Assembly (NCBI RefSeq): GCF_006345805.1
Contig: NC_042998.1
Location: 17,670,001 to 17,734,000, forward strand
Source: Octopus sinensis
Lineage: Eukaryota
Direction: 5' to 3'
Length of the DNA stretch: 64,000 nt
Part shown: piece after piece, positions 24,403 to 39,215 of the stretch
Position numbering within the stretch: the first letter of the stretch is position 1
Layout of the letters: the number at the start of each line of letters is the position of its first letter
Made by a program: the position numbers and the translations under genes
The notes under the pieces: generated by a model
The model's input: only the letters and a program-made list of their open reading frames with translations
What the model was told of the DNA's origin: nothing
The model's database searches: none

Positions 24403-25539
24403 CGCTCAAAATTGATTGGATGGCATACAATTCAAGATGTTAATACGTAGCGAAAGAGAGAAATTAAGAAAATGAATACCAAGATCAGAAAAATGTTGAC
24501 ACCGATAGGCTGTACTTGTCCATAAGAAAAGGAGAAACAGGTCTGATCATTTGTCAACAGTTATCGAAGCAGAGGAAAACAGCCTGGGGAGGTATATGAA
24601 ACACTTGAAGACGGCCGTCATCAAAACTGAAAATTGTGTCACTAAAGAAAAACTTAAACAAAAAAATGAACAAAAAAAGAAAAAGCAAGGGAGGAAAAGA
24701 AAATGTACTATCAGTTTGTAAGAGATGTGGATGCCAAGACAGATACAGACGACCGGTAGCTATGGATGAGGAGGATTGACGTAAAGATAGAGACAGAAGC
24801 ACTCATATGCACAACTCAGGAACAACCGTTAAGGACCAGTTATATGAAGAGAAAAGTATAAGACACTACTGATAGCGACAAATGCAGAATGTGTGGTGAG
24901 TAGGGTGAAAGAATGCGGCACATCGTTAGTGAAAGCCCGAAATTTACACAATGCGAATGCAAAAGATGCCATGACAATGTGGCAAGAATGATCCATTGGA
25001 AGCTCTATGGAAATCACGGTCTACAACGAGCAAAGACGTTGTATGAGCAAACTCCAGAAGAGGTCACCGAAAATGAGAATTGCCAAATCCTGTGGGATTC
25101 AATGATCCAGTGAGAGCACCCGACCAGACATCGGAAACTGGACATTAGTGTGGTGAACAAAAAGATAAGAACAAATATGATAATTGACGTAGCATGCCCC
25201 GGTAACAATAAGATCAAAGTAAAAAAAAAAACTAAAAAACAGAAAAACTAAACAAGAATGACGATTTGGAATTGGAAATACGAAGTTTGTATTCAATGAA
25301 GAGAGTACACGTGATGGTAATATTAATTAGCGCACTTAGAAGTATCAGCACTCAGCTACCAACATGGCTGTAAAAGATCGGTGCAAGTGTGAAGGTAGAA
25401 CACCCACAAAAGTCAGCATTGCTTGGAACTCGAAGAATTCCTCGCAGGGTTCATGAAGCATGACCAGTAAACAAGTGTCACCTGAGTCTGATAGCAGACA
25501 CTTTCCATCATACCCGGCAAAAATAGGTGTGAGTTTTCG
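24401..25539 (+). mobile_element. Degenerate 5'-truncated R4/Dong-clade LINE between (TAA)n arrays
   Basis: KCRMCGE..RHIVSES..CKRCHDNVARMIHWKL..ILWDSMIQ..IIDVACPG; (AAT)n at 24243-24400 and 25540-25640. Confidence 0.85.
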
Positions 25540-25540
25540 T

Positions 25541-25810
<270 letters not shown>

Positions 25811-26042
25811 AAACTTTTTTTGTTTATTTATTTCTATTTTTTTTTTATTATTTTTTTTTTTTTTTTTTTTTTCTTATTTTTATGTATTAGACATTCACTA
25901 GTACAACACCAAAAAAAAAAAACCCATATATATGGCACAGAACTTCCAACCTGTTGTCTCTTGAGGTCTCTGGGTGAGACTTGGAGCCAACTTGTACAGA
26001 CATAAAGCAAAAGTCAAACATAGAATAATAATAATAATATAA

Positions 26043-26116
<74 letters not shown>

Positions 26117-29100
26117 CAAAGAAGTAAGTAAGTACGTATTTAGTTATGTATAAACTATCAGTTTTTTTATCTAATCAGTTTTAGGAAGCAAACTAAAATG
26201 TAGACATGCTATATACGCATGATCAATATATAAATTGCAGCACGGTTGTGCTAACCAATGTGAGAGCCCAGGAGACAAATCACGATACTGAAGAAAAACA
26301 AATTTTTAATGAAGACGATTGGAATGCCCTTGTCAGATATATAATGTCTGTAACAAGAAAACAGTATCTCTAAACTCAAGACTGAAGGAAGACAATTTAC
26401 ATGTAAATTACTTTCGGAAGCGAACGTTTATTTGGTTAAAAGGATTTCTTCTTATTTACTATAGCTATTGTATCAACAACATCCCATTAACGTGCCCTCA
26501 GAGATATGTAACACTTGACAGATGCCTCTTCAATGATTTATCAGAAACATGCTTGGAGCAGTCCCACATGACAATAGAAATATATGATGTCTTGCAACCC
26601 CATTGACTTATTGGTTCTAAAATAAACATATGATAATATTCTACACAATCCGAAACTGTTATAATATACAGGATATCTATAATGATAATAAATTGGAAAT
26701 ATCTCAATATACTGGAATAAACAAGGTCGGCAGTAGAGTCTTAATTGTTTATTCGATGCTGTCAAGATTGTATTAAACGTAATCTTGATTTCATATTCGT
26801 ATTTTTATTCTTAATATAAACCTGAGTTTATATTGATATATAACTGAATTTAAAATTCATCACAACCAGTTAAATGTTTGCGTTTGTCTTCGCCTCAAGC
26901 AATAAACAATTATTTGTAAAATTAATAATCAAATCTAGAAATTCAAAAACTAGGCACACAAGAGTAAGAAATAAGATCAGATTTGGAATTTCAATCCGGT
27001 GTATATTGGGAAAATGCAAATCGGATGAAAGCAACGAAAGAATTGTTTGCTCACCGATAATATCGATCGGTACGAATTTTGTACAGAAGTCCCTGAAATT
27101 TAGTACATATCATAGGTTTATTTGTAGAAGACTATTTGCTTGTACTACAAACTTGTCTGCTTCAATTATAGTATTCCTAGAATCTTCGAAAACTGGATAG
27201 CATGATATATGTTTTACTGTCCTGAAAGTATAAAATCAAGACGCCATTTTCAAGCAAAATGCTAATAATTATCTTACGCGGAAATATAAAAAGTGTTATG
27301 GTCTACATAGCCATAAATAATCAATGCCGAAATGAACATTTCCTAAGTACTTCTAACCTACGTATATAAACTGATACTATAAACGATTGCCTGAGAGGGA
27401 AAAAAAGATTCTGGTATAAAATATATAAAAGAGAAATTGATTGACAAAATAATGCGGAGTTACTATTGTAGTTTGAGCATACACCGTTCTGAGAGCATAA
27501 TTTATCTACTGTTGCATATCATTTTAATGTTTTGCGGATTTAGTTGCGTATTTCGAATAAAATAAAATAGGTTTTATGGTTAGATATAAAACTCTAAGCT
27601 GTCATTAATATATTATTTATTTCGCCGTTGGTTGTGATACGATAAAAACTATTAGACCGTATTGAGGATTTGCTTTATCATAATTAACAGATTACTTTAA
27701 TCCTCTTACATCAAGAATAAAAAAAAAGGAAACATCTATCAAGTGAAAATTTTTGTATTCATTTTTTGTCTTTTGAATCTATACACAAATTAAATATCTT
27801 ATGCACAGAAATGATAGTAAAGAATTATTTTATGTTCACAGGAAGTTTAAACTAAAGAAATTACTTTAAATACACCTATATAGACATACACCCACAGATA
27901 TATATGCATACATACATATATGTATGCGTGTCTATATACACGCACGCGCACGCACACACGTATACATATACAAAAATATACATATAAATAATTACTCATG
28001 TATATATGTATATATATATATAGAAAGAGAGAGACAGACAGACAGACAGAAATACGGAGAGAGATACACATACATATGCACAGGCACACGCACACACACT
28101 CGTACGCACACAAGCACACACACATATATATATGCTTAAACATACATGTGTATGTAGTTGATTTTTTATTAGTTCCGTCCTCCCTCTCTTTTGGTGAGAG
28201 TAATGTTGTGGCCTTAATCATTAGCAAAACCTACACGTATGTCTTGTACGTGTGGGTTACCCATCTACGCATCTAAATATCTCTCAGCGCTATCCCTTTA
28301 CTATTTTTACTTCTCAATGAGTAGCTCAATGTCATATCGCTCAGTCATCTCGTGTTAACGAAGCACTTTTAGTCCTGTTCGCAATCAATCGTTATTGTGC
28401 CCTATATTTGAGATGTCTTCCTTCTACCTGTTTTCTTCAAGCTAATTACTAACATGTCGTTACCCAGTCATGAATGATTGATGCGACCCCTCATTTCACC
28501 TTAAATTGTCTCAGCCGCACATCACCCATACGTTAGCTGTACACAATACGGCTTCGATACACATGAACATCGAAGACATTCTCCAGTGAAACTATGGCAT
28601 GTATGCATTTTCAAAAGACAAAATTCACTAACGCTAGAAAATACCGTTGCACATCACTTAATTATGAACTATAGTATTCAACCACAAAGGTATTATTCGT
28701 AGGTGACAAAAAATGTCTGGTTGTACAGAAGTCTCTATTTCCTTTCATATACTGGAACTGAGTGCAATCGGATGAGGGTTAGTCTTGTCTATGTTCTTGG
28801 TTTTCTCGGAAACGCTACACTTAGCGTATATCGAGCGATCAAGGTAAATTTCTGAGATGGTTAGGAAGCAAAGATTCCTTTCTTGTAATACCAACTTACT
28901 AGTGAATAGGAAGGAAAACGTACTTTATTGAAAATAAAGGAAGCTTTGTTTCCTAGTCAGATCGGAAATGACTTGTCTTGTCTTGGTATCTAGTGCTGAT
29001 AAAGAGACTAAACACGTTGCGAATGAATCGTAGTTTTCAATTTTGTCCTAAGAGAGAATATTTTCTCAATGTCAAGTGGCAGTGAAATCCTGAATACGTA

Positions 29101-30294
29101 GAAATAGTTCTCAATTATTTGAGCTGGTCTTAAATTTGTATACTTTCCTTTACTTTTTCGTGCAGCTACAGTTGAATTGGCTTCTATATGCTCGCCAATT
29201 TGTGCAACCAGTATATACTTACTAATTTAATATAAAGAAAGAATTGCTTCCTAATCAGCTTAAAGTTACTTCTCTTGACGCACATATATACATATATATA
29301 TGTGTGTGCGTGTATGTGTGTGTGTGTGTGTATGTGTGTATTTGTGTGTGTGTGTGTGTGTGTGTGTTTGTGTGTGTGTATGTGTGTGTTTGTGTGTGTG
29401 TACGTATATGCATACATATACATACATATTGAATTGCTAAAATGAATTGAATTCTTAATAGATTTACGTATCATTGCATTTATATTGGCGTTAGTGGATT
29501 GAAAATTATTGAGGCTATTAGTTAAAAACTTCCATGGCATATTATACTGCATGGATTTGCATTTTAGTGCTAGATATAACTAAATCATTGTAGAATATGA
29601 AATCATGATGTAAGGTTTAGCTAAACATATCCTACATGCATACTATGTATATGAACTATAAATAAATGCATAAGAAACAAATTTAAATAACTATTTCACT
29701 ATTAGTCACAGGATTCCGAGAAAAATGGTTCTCTGCAACTTCTTGCTGAACAACCTGCAGTAAATACTGTTGATTTTTTTTTTCTGCAATTCTAACGCTG
29801 CTGTTATTGTAGAGCACTTATTATACGTTAAATCTGATTTTTTAATAACCATCATCCTAAAATTATCAAGCGGCATTATCAAGTATAATAAATTAAACAT
29901 TACTACCTATGTTCCTTCAGGGACAAAATCGAAAATATTTGATTGCTGTTATCTTAAATGTGTGTAAGATAGGAACGGTATGCGACCTTAACTTGCCCAA
30001 AGCATAACAAACATCTTGTGCAAATTTATGCAATCAATATATCCATGTACAGTGAAGAGCTTGGAGGCAGATTTCTCTTAAAATAGCATATAAATAGTGA
30101 TGACAATGTATTGTTATTTCTATCATATTTCATTTCTAGAATTTTAACGAGTATAAATGTTATGAAATAGAGACGTTTTTCTCTTTTCTTAATAAAAATC
30201 AATAATATACAAACAGTTATAACCCTTAATATTTAAGTAATTTTTATCTCATGCAGAAAATTCGAACACAGAATTCATCTTGTGCGAAAACCGG

Positions 30295-30322
30295 TGACGT
30301 CAAGAAACGCTGTATGACGTCA
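30295..30322. promoter_or_regulatory. Tandem pair of palindromic CRE/ATF sites
   Basis: TGACGTCA at 30295-30302 and 30315-30322, both followed by AG, in non-repetitive sequence. Confidence 0.4.
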
Positions 30323-31384
30323 AGCCATATAACAGTTGTTGGTTATTACGAAAATAGATTTGAAACAAATATCCAACTAAGACTGTGGTCGATTGTGTTT
30401 GAGAGAGGAAAGCAAAGTTTTCCAAATCAAAAGTACTGCGTTCGTTTTGTATCTTTTTTTTTTCTTTTTCGCGTGTAATTTATCTCTCGTGGTGTAATTT
30501 AGATGTTTAAAAATGCCATTAATTTTGAGAGATGGCAAATCAATCGTATAAATTTGAATAATTAAAAATGCACTTAACTAGTATTATGTTAGTTACGTTA
30601 AAAGGGTTAGGAAACCTCATAATAATAGCAGAAATCAATATGGAATATCGACGATTTCCATTTGGAATAGGCTTTGTAAAATTGTTCCAAAATTCTTTCC
30701 ATTTGACATTTCATTGAAACTAGCCAATAGTGTTGTGGAAACTCTGGCAAGTATAAAGAAATATATTAATTTTCTGCAGGATAGGAGGGAGTTAATAATA
30801 AATCATTATAATTTGCCTCAGCCTTTCAACATATTATATAAACACAGCCAGTTTAAGCTTCCATAATTTCGTAAAGCATGGAAGCCCTAAAAGTATTTGC
30901 ACAAATATCAAGTTAAAATTTGAAGACACACAATAAGATAATTATGAATATGAACTATATATAAAAGGAAGTTATTTATTCAACTATTAATATAAAAGCA
31001 ATACGTTAAAAATTGCATGAACATGAATTCAAATATCAAATAGAAACTTATCTCAGAATATATAATGAATATAATGAATCACATACTTCGTAACATCTAT
31101 TTTAAACAGTACTCTAACCTCTTGCAACAGAAATGTAGATGCAGACAGAATCTTTCTATCTGCTTCTACAATGTCATATTTTCGGTTTTATTTATTGCTT
31201 TTTTTTTTATAAATAGTGGAAACTCCATCCCAGCCGTAATTTTGATAGTGAGAAAACAAGTATGCAAACATAAAATTCAAACGAAATCTTTACTTGTTAT
31301 GATCCCATCATTAAGCGTTCCTTACCGACAAATAAGCTTAGCAAAATCACCGGAATTTTGTCGGTTAGTTACTTGTGTTCCTCA

Positions 31385-31448
<64 letters not shown>

Positions 31449-31786
31449 TATATATGTATATATTAACCACGATCAAAATTACATGAGATGAGCCTTCGTC
31501 ATATTCACAAGTTTTTCTTCAATAACCTATTTTTAAACTTTAATGTTTAATTCATATTACAAAGTACATATATACAAAATATATTAAATGTATCTAGGCA
31601 CCATCCTTTAAAACTGACTGGAGATATTTCTTTCACTCTCACAAAAGTAATGAGAAACGTTCTTAAAAGTTTTTCTTTTTTTTTTTAGCACAGTGGTTTT
31701 GAGAAAACAAGTTTTGAGATTTTTTCCAAACAGCAATGTGTGGAAATGGGAATCGATTTTCATCAGATTTTATAGGATTTTACCTG

Positions 31787-32187
31787 GTTCAGTAATTTTA
31801 CTGCGACCATGCAGGGAATTGACCTTCAACAATTTTAATCGAACGAATCGATTCAAGTACTTATTTTAATTCCTGGTATATATTCTATAGGCGTCTTTTG
31901 ACGAACGGCTAGTTTACAGGGCATCAGCAAACCAACACCGGTTCTCAAGCGGTGGTGGGTGACAAACATGACACAAAGATACACACATACACACGCAAAC
32001 ATAGATAGAGATGGTTGAATGACTGGCTTTTTTTTTTCAGTTTCTGTTTCTCAAACTCAAACACAAGGCTCTGGTCGACCCGAGTCTATGGTAGGATGCA
32101 CTTGAAAATGTGCCACACAGTGGGACTGAACCCAGAACTATGTGGTTGAGAAGTAAACTTCTTACCATACAGCAACGCCTGCGCCTA
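31787..32187 (-). mobile_element. Old SINE family A copy
   Basis: cagtgggactgaacccagaactatgtggttg...cctgcgcctat head plus a degenerate tail. Confidence 0.8.
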
Positions 32188-33100
32188 TGTAATAATTTTA
32201 AAATACTTTAGTAAATGACTTATCTCACATAAATTGTACAGGAAAATAAAATAAGAAACGATTATTACTATAACTGTTTGAAAGGTATCATGTTGTCTCC
32301 ACAGTAAGAAACATAGCAGCCAGGATATGATTTCAGGTAAAATGCCAAAACAAAAATAACGCATAGTAATCATTAGCTCAGTTGGCTAACTGTGCAACAG
32401 AAGTTTATGAAGATATATGTAATCAAACAACAAATTTACAAAATGTACTATACTATACGTTTAATAAGAATTATAAATTATTTGGTGAGATTTTAAACTA
32501 ACTAACAATACTTACTGCATTTTAACCGCATAGTCTACAACGAACGGTATGTAAGTAGTTTTCAGAAAGTAAGGTGATGTCGATGGCATTCGTCCACGAG
32601 CACCAAATAAATTCCTGATATTAAGAGAGAAGAGAGAAAACGTCGATACGGGAGGATCAACACGTATACCTAAGACGAAAACAAATTGGGTTAATTATGA
32701 AAAACTCTATGATTGTAGTATTGAATGTATTGTAATGATTTCCTATAATACTATACGAAAGGAAATTTAATTAAAGAGCAGAGTCGATTAATTCGACACC
32801 AGTACCATTTTCTTGCCAAATATATCAACACACGCGATATGAAACGCACATTGCAAGTGATTTTGTGTAGAAATGCAATTGTTCTTCACTATAATTATTT
32901 TAAATAATAATTTTTGAAGTAAAAATATAAAGATTGGTGGCGCTGTTACGAAGTTACATTTTGCAGAGCATAGGTAAGACAGTTTTAAGCTAACTGTTTA
33001 TGGACGTCGACGATACGAAAGATTGACCTGTGTGTGTGCGCGCGCGAAGATGTGTGTGAATGTGTGCGCATGTGTGTGTGTGTATATGTGCATACTTTTG

Positions 33101-33152
<52 letters not shown>

Positions 33153-33723
33153 ATATATTATATATATATATATAATATATATGCATGTATGTATATATAT
33201 ATATATGTGTGTGTGTGTATGTATGTCTACATGTATATTATATGTATGTATATAGACATATCTGACATATCTATCAGTCTATATGTATGTAGTACGTATA
33301 TTCATGTGTGTTTGAATGTATGCTGTCTGTACGTTTAGCAATTATAAAAGAAAGTATAATATTAATACGCTCTGCGTATGAAAGCAAATGGGATTTCATA
33401 TACAAGAGTAAATTTATATTTATAATACTATTCAGGTATTTCTATCGTATATCAGTATTTATTCCAAGTTATAGAGGGAGTCTAAAAGTCACAACTTCCT
33501 GTATTACTCGTCTTGTCTCTGTAACTATACATAATCGATAGGCTACTAACATTTAGTTTTGATGTAATCATTATTGTCACTCATCAGACACCTAACTTGG
33601 TGCAATCCACAAATGTAAAACTTTGCTTTATTATAAGCACAGAAAATACATTCATCAGTAAAACCAATGACGAGAAATATACGTGTCGTTTGCACTATAT
33701 GTATATATATATATATATAATAT

Positions 33724-33779
<56 letters not shown>

Positions 33780-33950
33780 CATATGCATTCATATATGCAT
33801 ATAACGCACGCACAATCACAGACGGACAGGACAGCACTACGTGAGAGTTAACTGTTTTGGTCACGAAGCATTAACACCTAACATGTCAATTAGTATCCTA
33901 AGAAATATGTATATTCTATATTTATACATCGATATATATATGTACATATG

Positions 33951-34016
<66 letters not shown>

Positions 34017-34659
34017 GATATATATATATATATATATATACATCGATATATATATATATATTATATATATATATATATATATATGCATGTACGCATGCGT
34101 GTGTATGTATATGTATATATAAGATAATTTGCTAATGAGACACCTTATGTGTTAAGGTAAGGTGTCTCCCTGGCTGGTCAAACACCTGACTTTGCTTGAG
34201 TGTACTCCTTCTCTGTAAAACTCTACAGATTCATGAAAAGAAACTTATATAAAATAAACAAAGCCAATGAAGTATGCACTCCATGGATCCTCACCTTGCT
34301 AAGAATAATTTCTAAATTTCATGAAATAACATTCCCAACGCGTTATTGAGTCGAGTTGGATCTAAGCAACGGGAAACTGTCTCATATTAATGAAATTACT
34401 TTTACTGTTAATATTTCCTCAAAGTCTCATTATTTTGCATTGCTGACTTTTCGTGCGAGTATTTTGATTACCAGTTTCACTACCATCAACATGCAGGGAA
34501 AGATTAACATACTTTTTTGATAGTGAGACAACTAAAGCTTAAGAAAGGTATCAATAACTAGAATGTTTAACTAATAGATTTTGTTTGTTTATTCTGACCG
34601 TTTTCGCACGAACGCAAGCAGAGAAGAAATGCATAATCCTGTATCTACCATTACATCTA

Positions 34660-34665
34660 TCTATA

Positions 34666-34744
<79 letters not shown>

Positions 34745-34745
34745 T
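34660..34745. repeat. (CTAT)n microsatellite
   Basis: Direct reading. Confidence 0.95.
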
Positions 34746-35344
34746 GATTTATTTATTTAGGTAGATACATACATATTTACACACACACACACACACACAC
34801 ACATACACACATATATATATACATATATATAGTACATATGTGTTTATATTGATAAGTGTGTGTGTATGTGTGTATGCATATACACATGTCTGAGTGTATG
34901 TATATACACATATCTGTGTGTGCATGTGTGTGTGTGTGTGTATTCGGGTAGTTATGAACTTTTGCCGCTTAAACGCATAAACAGGCATATCTCGGACAAT
35001 TTCTACTACATACGTACAAACATATATAGCTCGTATAGAGGAATACCTATAAACTTATTTACATATATAAATAAACGCACAAATGCCTGCAAGCACATAT
35101 CTGAATGAATTAACAGAGAAATATAAAGAAGTACACGTTTTAAAAACGCATACCTTTTCGTGTAACGAAGTTTTCCTGATGTTGGTGTTACATATTTTCA
35201 GATTTTGTAAGTTTATATATATTCAGCTTTTGCTAAATTAATTTTTTTTTAATGAAATATGTATATCCATATACTAGCATGCTTAAATTTAATACTAGGT
35301 TATGGTTGGACATGTTTAGCATTCACTAATATATATTTGTTGTA

Positions 35345-35530
35345 AGGCTGCTAAGCATCTTGACCGGCAGGCTCACGATTCTGGCATTTCGTTCTGGGTT
35401 CAAATTCTTCTGAGGTTCACTTTGACTTTCATCGTTTCGTGGTTGATAAACTATGTACGAGTTAAGCCCAAGATTTGTTTTAATCGATTTGGCCCCTCAC
35501 CCAAAACTGCTGGCCTTGTGACACGAATTT
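35345..35530 (+). mobile_element. Degenerate SINE family C copy
   Basis: gttcaaattcttctgaggttcactttgactttcatcgtttcgtggttgataaa is similar to the 40779 copy. Confidence 0.65.
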
Positions 35531-36725
35531 GAAGCCAGTACATATTGGCATTTTTTGAAGATTGACGTCTTTTTTTTCTCTTTTAGTTTCAGAGAATTTT
35601 GATGTTACTGAAAAATAATTTAGTCATACTTATATATTTTAGTACTTGTTATATAGAGAACACATGAAGTGGTTCCAATATAGTAAGTGGCAGTTAGTGA
35701 CCGCAGTAAAGGCATTTGCCGTTAATCATACTCAAAAGCATGTCTATCAACGTGTGCGGGATATCACTTTCTCACACTTTAGAAAATGATAAATAACATA
35801 TTTTAATAAAACAATGTTAACCTTTTAACATCTGGGATATCGTCCTTAAGTGTTACTTGTCAAAAACTTGAAGTATTGTCTTTTGATAGAAATCATGTGA
35901 ACTCCTCTGACTTACATTCCTGTCTATTTATAGTTAATTTAGTTTCCCTGGTATCGGTAACCTTATAGTTCACGTCATAAATTACAGGTTGTCATAGGAA
36001 GCGAACATTCGTAGATACGGTAAGAAACATTTTTTTTTAAATGTTAGCATGTTAGGTATAAGCATGTTGTGAGAAATATTCATATGACAGGGCTGAGTAG
36101 AATAACAGTCCACCTGAAATTTGAGTTTTTAATAAATTTATTTCTTTTATTTACCGTGTATCAGTAGTACGAATATGTGTTTGTGTGTGTATATGAGATT
36201 CCGCGTCCGCGCGTTTATATGTGGGTGTTCCAAATCTGTGATATTAGCAAAAGATAAAAGAATTCAATGCGTGGCTTATAACTTACATCTACAGCTCTAA
36301 ACATAAATTCATAACCATTTCTCTTTTATATTTCGTTATTATTCATTGGATTGAACACGATTTATCGATATCTGGATTTTATTGAACATTCAATAACATA
36401 CGAAGAGCTTAGTTTCCTAAAATTTGTATCGCAAATTGTCCTTTGGTACAATATCAAAACACCGTAATTCATCCATTTGGGTTAAGCCGCACGCTGTTCG
36501 AAATACTGACATCGATTTTGGCAGTATTTTGAACTACCTAAGGTAATGAGATATTTCCTACTTTGTATGTTAAACTCGATATGCATGAAATCACATCCAC
36601 GTGATTACACGCAAACTTGCACACACATGCACACACACATACATACACACATACACACGCACACATTTATATATTTATAAATACACACAGATATATATTT
36701 ATGCGTAAAATATATGTGTGTGTAT

Positions 36726-37066
36726 GCACCTTGGGCAAGTGTCTTCCACTATAGCCTCGGGCCGACCAAAGCCTTGTGAGTGGATTTGGAAGACGGAAAC
36801 TGAAAGAAGCTCGTCGTATATAGGTATATATATATATATGTTTGTGTGTGTGCGTGTATGTTTGTGTGTCTGTGTTTGTCCCATCCAACATCGCTTGAGA
36901 ACTGATGCTGGTGTGTTTATGTCCCCGTCACTTAGCGGTTCGGCAAAAGAGACCGATAGAATAAGTACTGGGCTTACAAAGAATAAGTCGAGTTGCTCGA
37001 CTAAAAGGCGGTGCACCAGCATGGCCGCATTCAAATGACTGAAACAAGTAAAAGAGTAAAAGAGTA
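36726..37066 (+). mobile_element. 5'-truncated SINE family A copy
   Basis: gcaccttgggcaagtgtcttc...gactgaaacaagtaaaagagtaaaagag. Confidence 0.9.
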
Positions 37067-37159
37067 TATGTGCGTGTGTGTGTGTGTGAGTGTGTGTGCA
37101 ATACGGGCAGTAGTAGCTGTGGTAAGAAGCTTGCTTCCGAACATGCGTCGGGTTATTTG

Positions 37160-38700
37160 TTGAGTTACTTAAAAAATGTACTGAGACCTTAACGGGTCTG
37201 AGTTGTCGTCGTCGGAGGAGGAGCTGGTAAGGGCAGTCATAAAGATGGACGGATTGTTGAAGGCAAGGAGATTTGCTGAAGCCACGGAGGTGAAGCTAAG
37301 GGAGATGGTCTTGGCTAGTCTGAAGGAGTATAAGAAGATGGCTCAGAAGATGGACGGTGACATGAAGTTGTCGCTCCCCAGAGGAATTATGAAGCGGATG
37401 GAGAAGAGAACGATTACCTATAAGGTGTACTCATTGAAAAGAAAAAAGGTGGAGGCAGAAGTGGAAAAGGCGCTGAGGGAACGATCACAGGAGATAATGT
37501 TCATAACCAAAGGAAAAATATATTGGACAATGGTCGTCCAATTTAGAACAGTAGAAGAGGCGAGGAGGCTGGCGAGTGTGGCTGTGAAAACAGAGGAAGT
37601 AGTGCTTCTGCCCACATATCTTGGAAGAAAGACTTCCAAGGTGAGAGTAGAAGCAATCCCGCCGGATTTAGAAGTGGATTGGGTAGAAGCAGCTGCCCCT
37701 GTTGAAAGCGATGAGAAGGTGGTTGTCCTCCAAGCCACAGAAACGGAAGAAGGATGGTGGAAAGGAAAAACACTTGAACTCATTATTCAGACGGAGGAGG
37801 TTTCACTGGAGAACTTGGAAGAGACGGGGACGTTGGGGAAATCGTGCTGAGGGTGTGGGTAGAGGGCAGAGTACCACGTTGTTTTAAATGTGGCCAAAAA
37901 GGTCACATTAGAGCATACTGCCCTCTACAGAGGACAATGGTTGAGGAAACAGTTGTGGAGATGGAAGAGAAAAGAGAGGAAGAAAAGACAGACGGAGGAA
38001 ATGAGGAAAAGAAGGAAGAAAGGAAAGTTTCAGAGAGCAAGAGGACAAAGAGAAAAAAGAAAAAACATTGAGTATGATGTGGCACCCCAATTCAACTCCA
38101 TCCCACCCAAGACCACTCAGATCCACCCTCCCCATACACACACCAAACCCACCCACCCCATTTTCGCACAAGATAAGGTGATACAGAACGAAAAAGTGAT
38201 TGACGCTCCACTGACCGTGGAGGTAGAATAAAGAGATGAGGCACAACAGAAGACAGGCACCAGTGTCTCGAGAGGGAGGAGGAATCGTGCCAGTTGGGAA
38301 ATGGTGGAGACAAAAAGAGCAGAAGTGGGGGAGAAAGACACATATGATAAAAAATGACCCCAACCCACATCCACACGGCGTCACTCACACCCGCTCTACC
38401 CCAACCACTCTTTAGAGACACCAACCCTTCCTATGTCCAGTCCCACAAAAAAACAAAACAATAGCAACATACAGGAGCTCAAAATTTCCCCACCCTTGAC
38501 CGAAAATGAAACATATGTAAATATGTTTTATTATATGACAGAGAAAAGGAAAATCTTGATAACGAGATAAACTCGTGGAATGGAATTATTAAGGTGGATT
38601 TAACAAAAGTGAGGGGCTTGCCCGGGCATTTGTGCTTTGTTATGGCAGACGCAGGGTACCTTGTAAAATTAACAGATTACGAGGAAGACTGCGATTATGA
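37160..38700 (+). mobile_element. Retroelement gag/ORF1-like region with CCHC zinc knuckle, frameshifted
   Basis: ORF 37203..37850 (coiled-coil/RRM-like) continues in another frame as LRVWVEGRVPRCFKCGQKGHIRAYCP (C-x2-C-x4-H-x4-C), then an E/K-rich tract; purine-rich, GC-elevated block. Confidence 0.75.
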
Positions 38701-38989
38701 GTGGTGGACCAAGAGGATAGATACTTGAACAATGGCCGAAACGTTGTGTTAACAACAAACAAGGTGAGGACAAATATCCGTCAAATGTAAATAATGTAAA
38801 TAATGCAAATAGTTAACCTTTATCGTTTATGGAAAGCATGAAAAATATCGTAGCAACGATATCTTAACAAAGTACATATTGTAGCTATATTTCTTGCTAG
38901 ATTTCTGTCATAGTGTAGGTTACTGTTTTGTACGTAATATATGTTTGTTTCAAATAAGTTACTATAAACATGATTTTATTTCGTAATAC

Positions 38990-39215
38990 CACTCGGCAGG
39001 CTAACAAGCAAACGGTGGAGCGAATGAAGGAAGAAGGGAGACGGACCAGAAGCCGCTCATTCAGAAGCTAATGGAGATCTTTCTTCGAAGACCTCAAACA
39101 CACATGGAATAATTCCATAGGAACAGCAAAAACTGCGGCAGATCGACCACTCTGGGAGATGCCCGCTACCTTATGCATTTCATGCGCTGGGGTGACCTAA
39201 GGTTTACTTAAGATC
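38990..39215 (+). mobile_element. RTE-like LINE 3'-terminal fragment
   Basis: GRRTRSRS..W..FEDLK..W..AKTAADRPLW..TLC resembles the RTE C-terminal G-RR-RGRP..W..A-DR..W..LC pattern. Confidence 0.55.

Noticed and set aside
26874-27200. 108-aa plus-strand ORF and a possible 38-nt minus-strand exon ending at a g|gtgagc donor
   Set aside because: No recognisable family and no partner exons identified.
34137-34168. 11-bp hairpin gagacacctta/taaggtgtctc
   Set aside because: Isolated, with no supporting context for an RNA gene or terminator.
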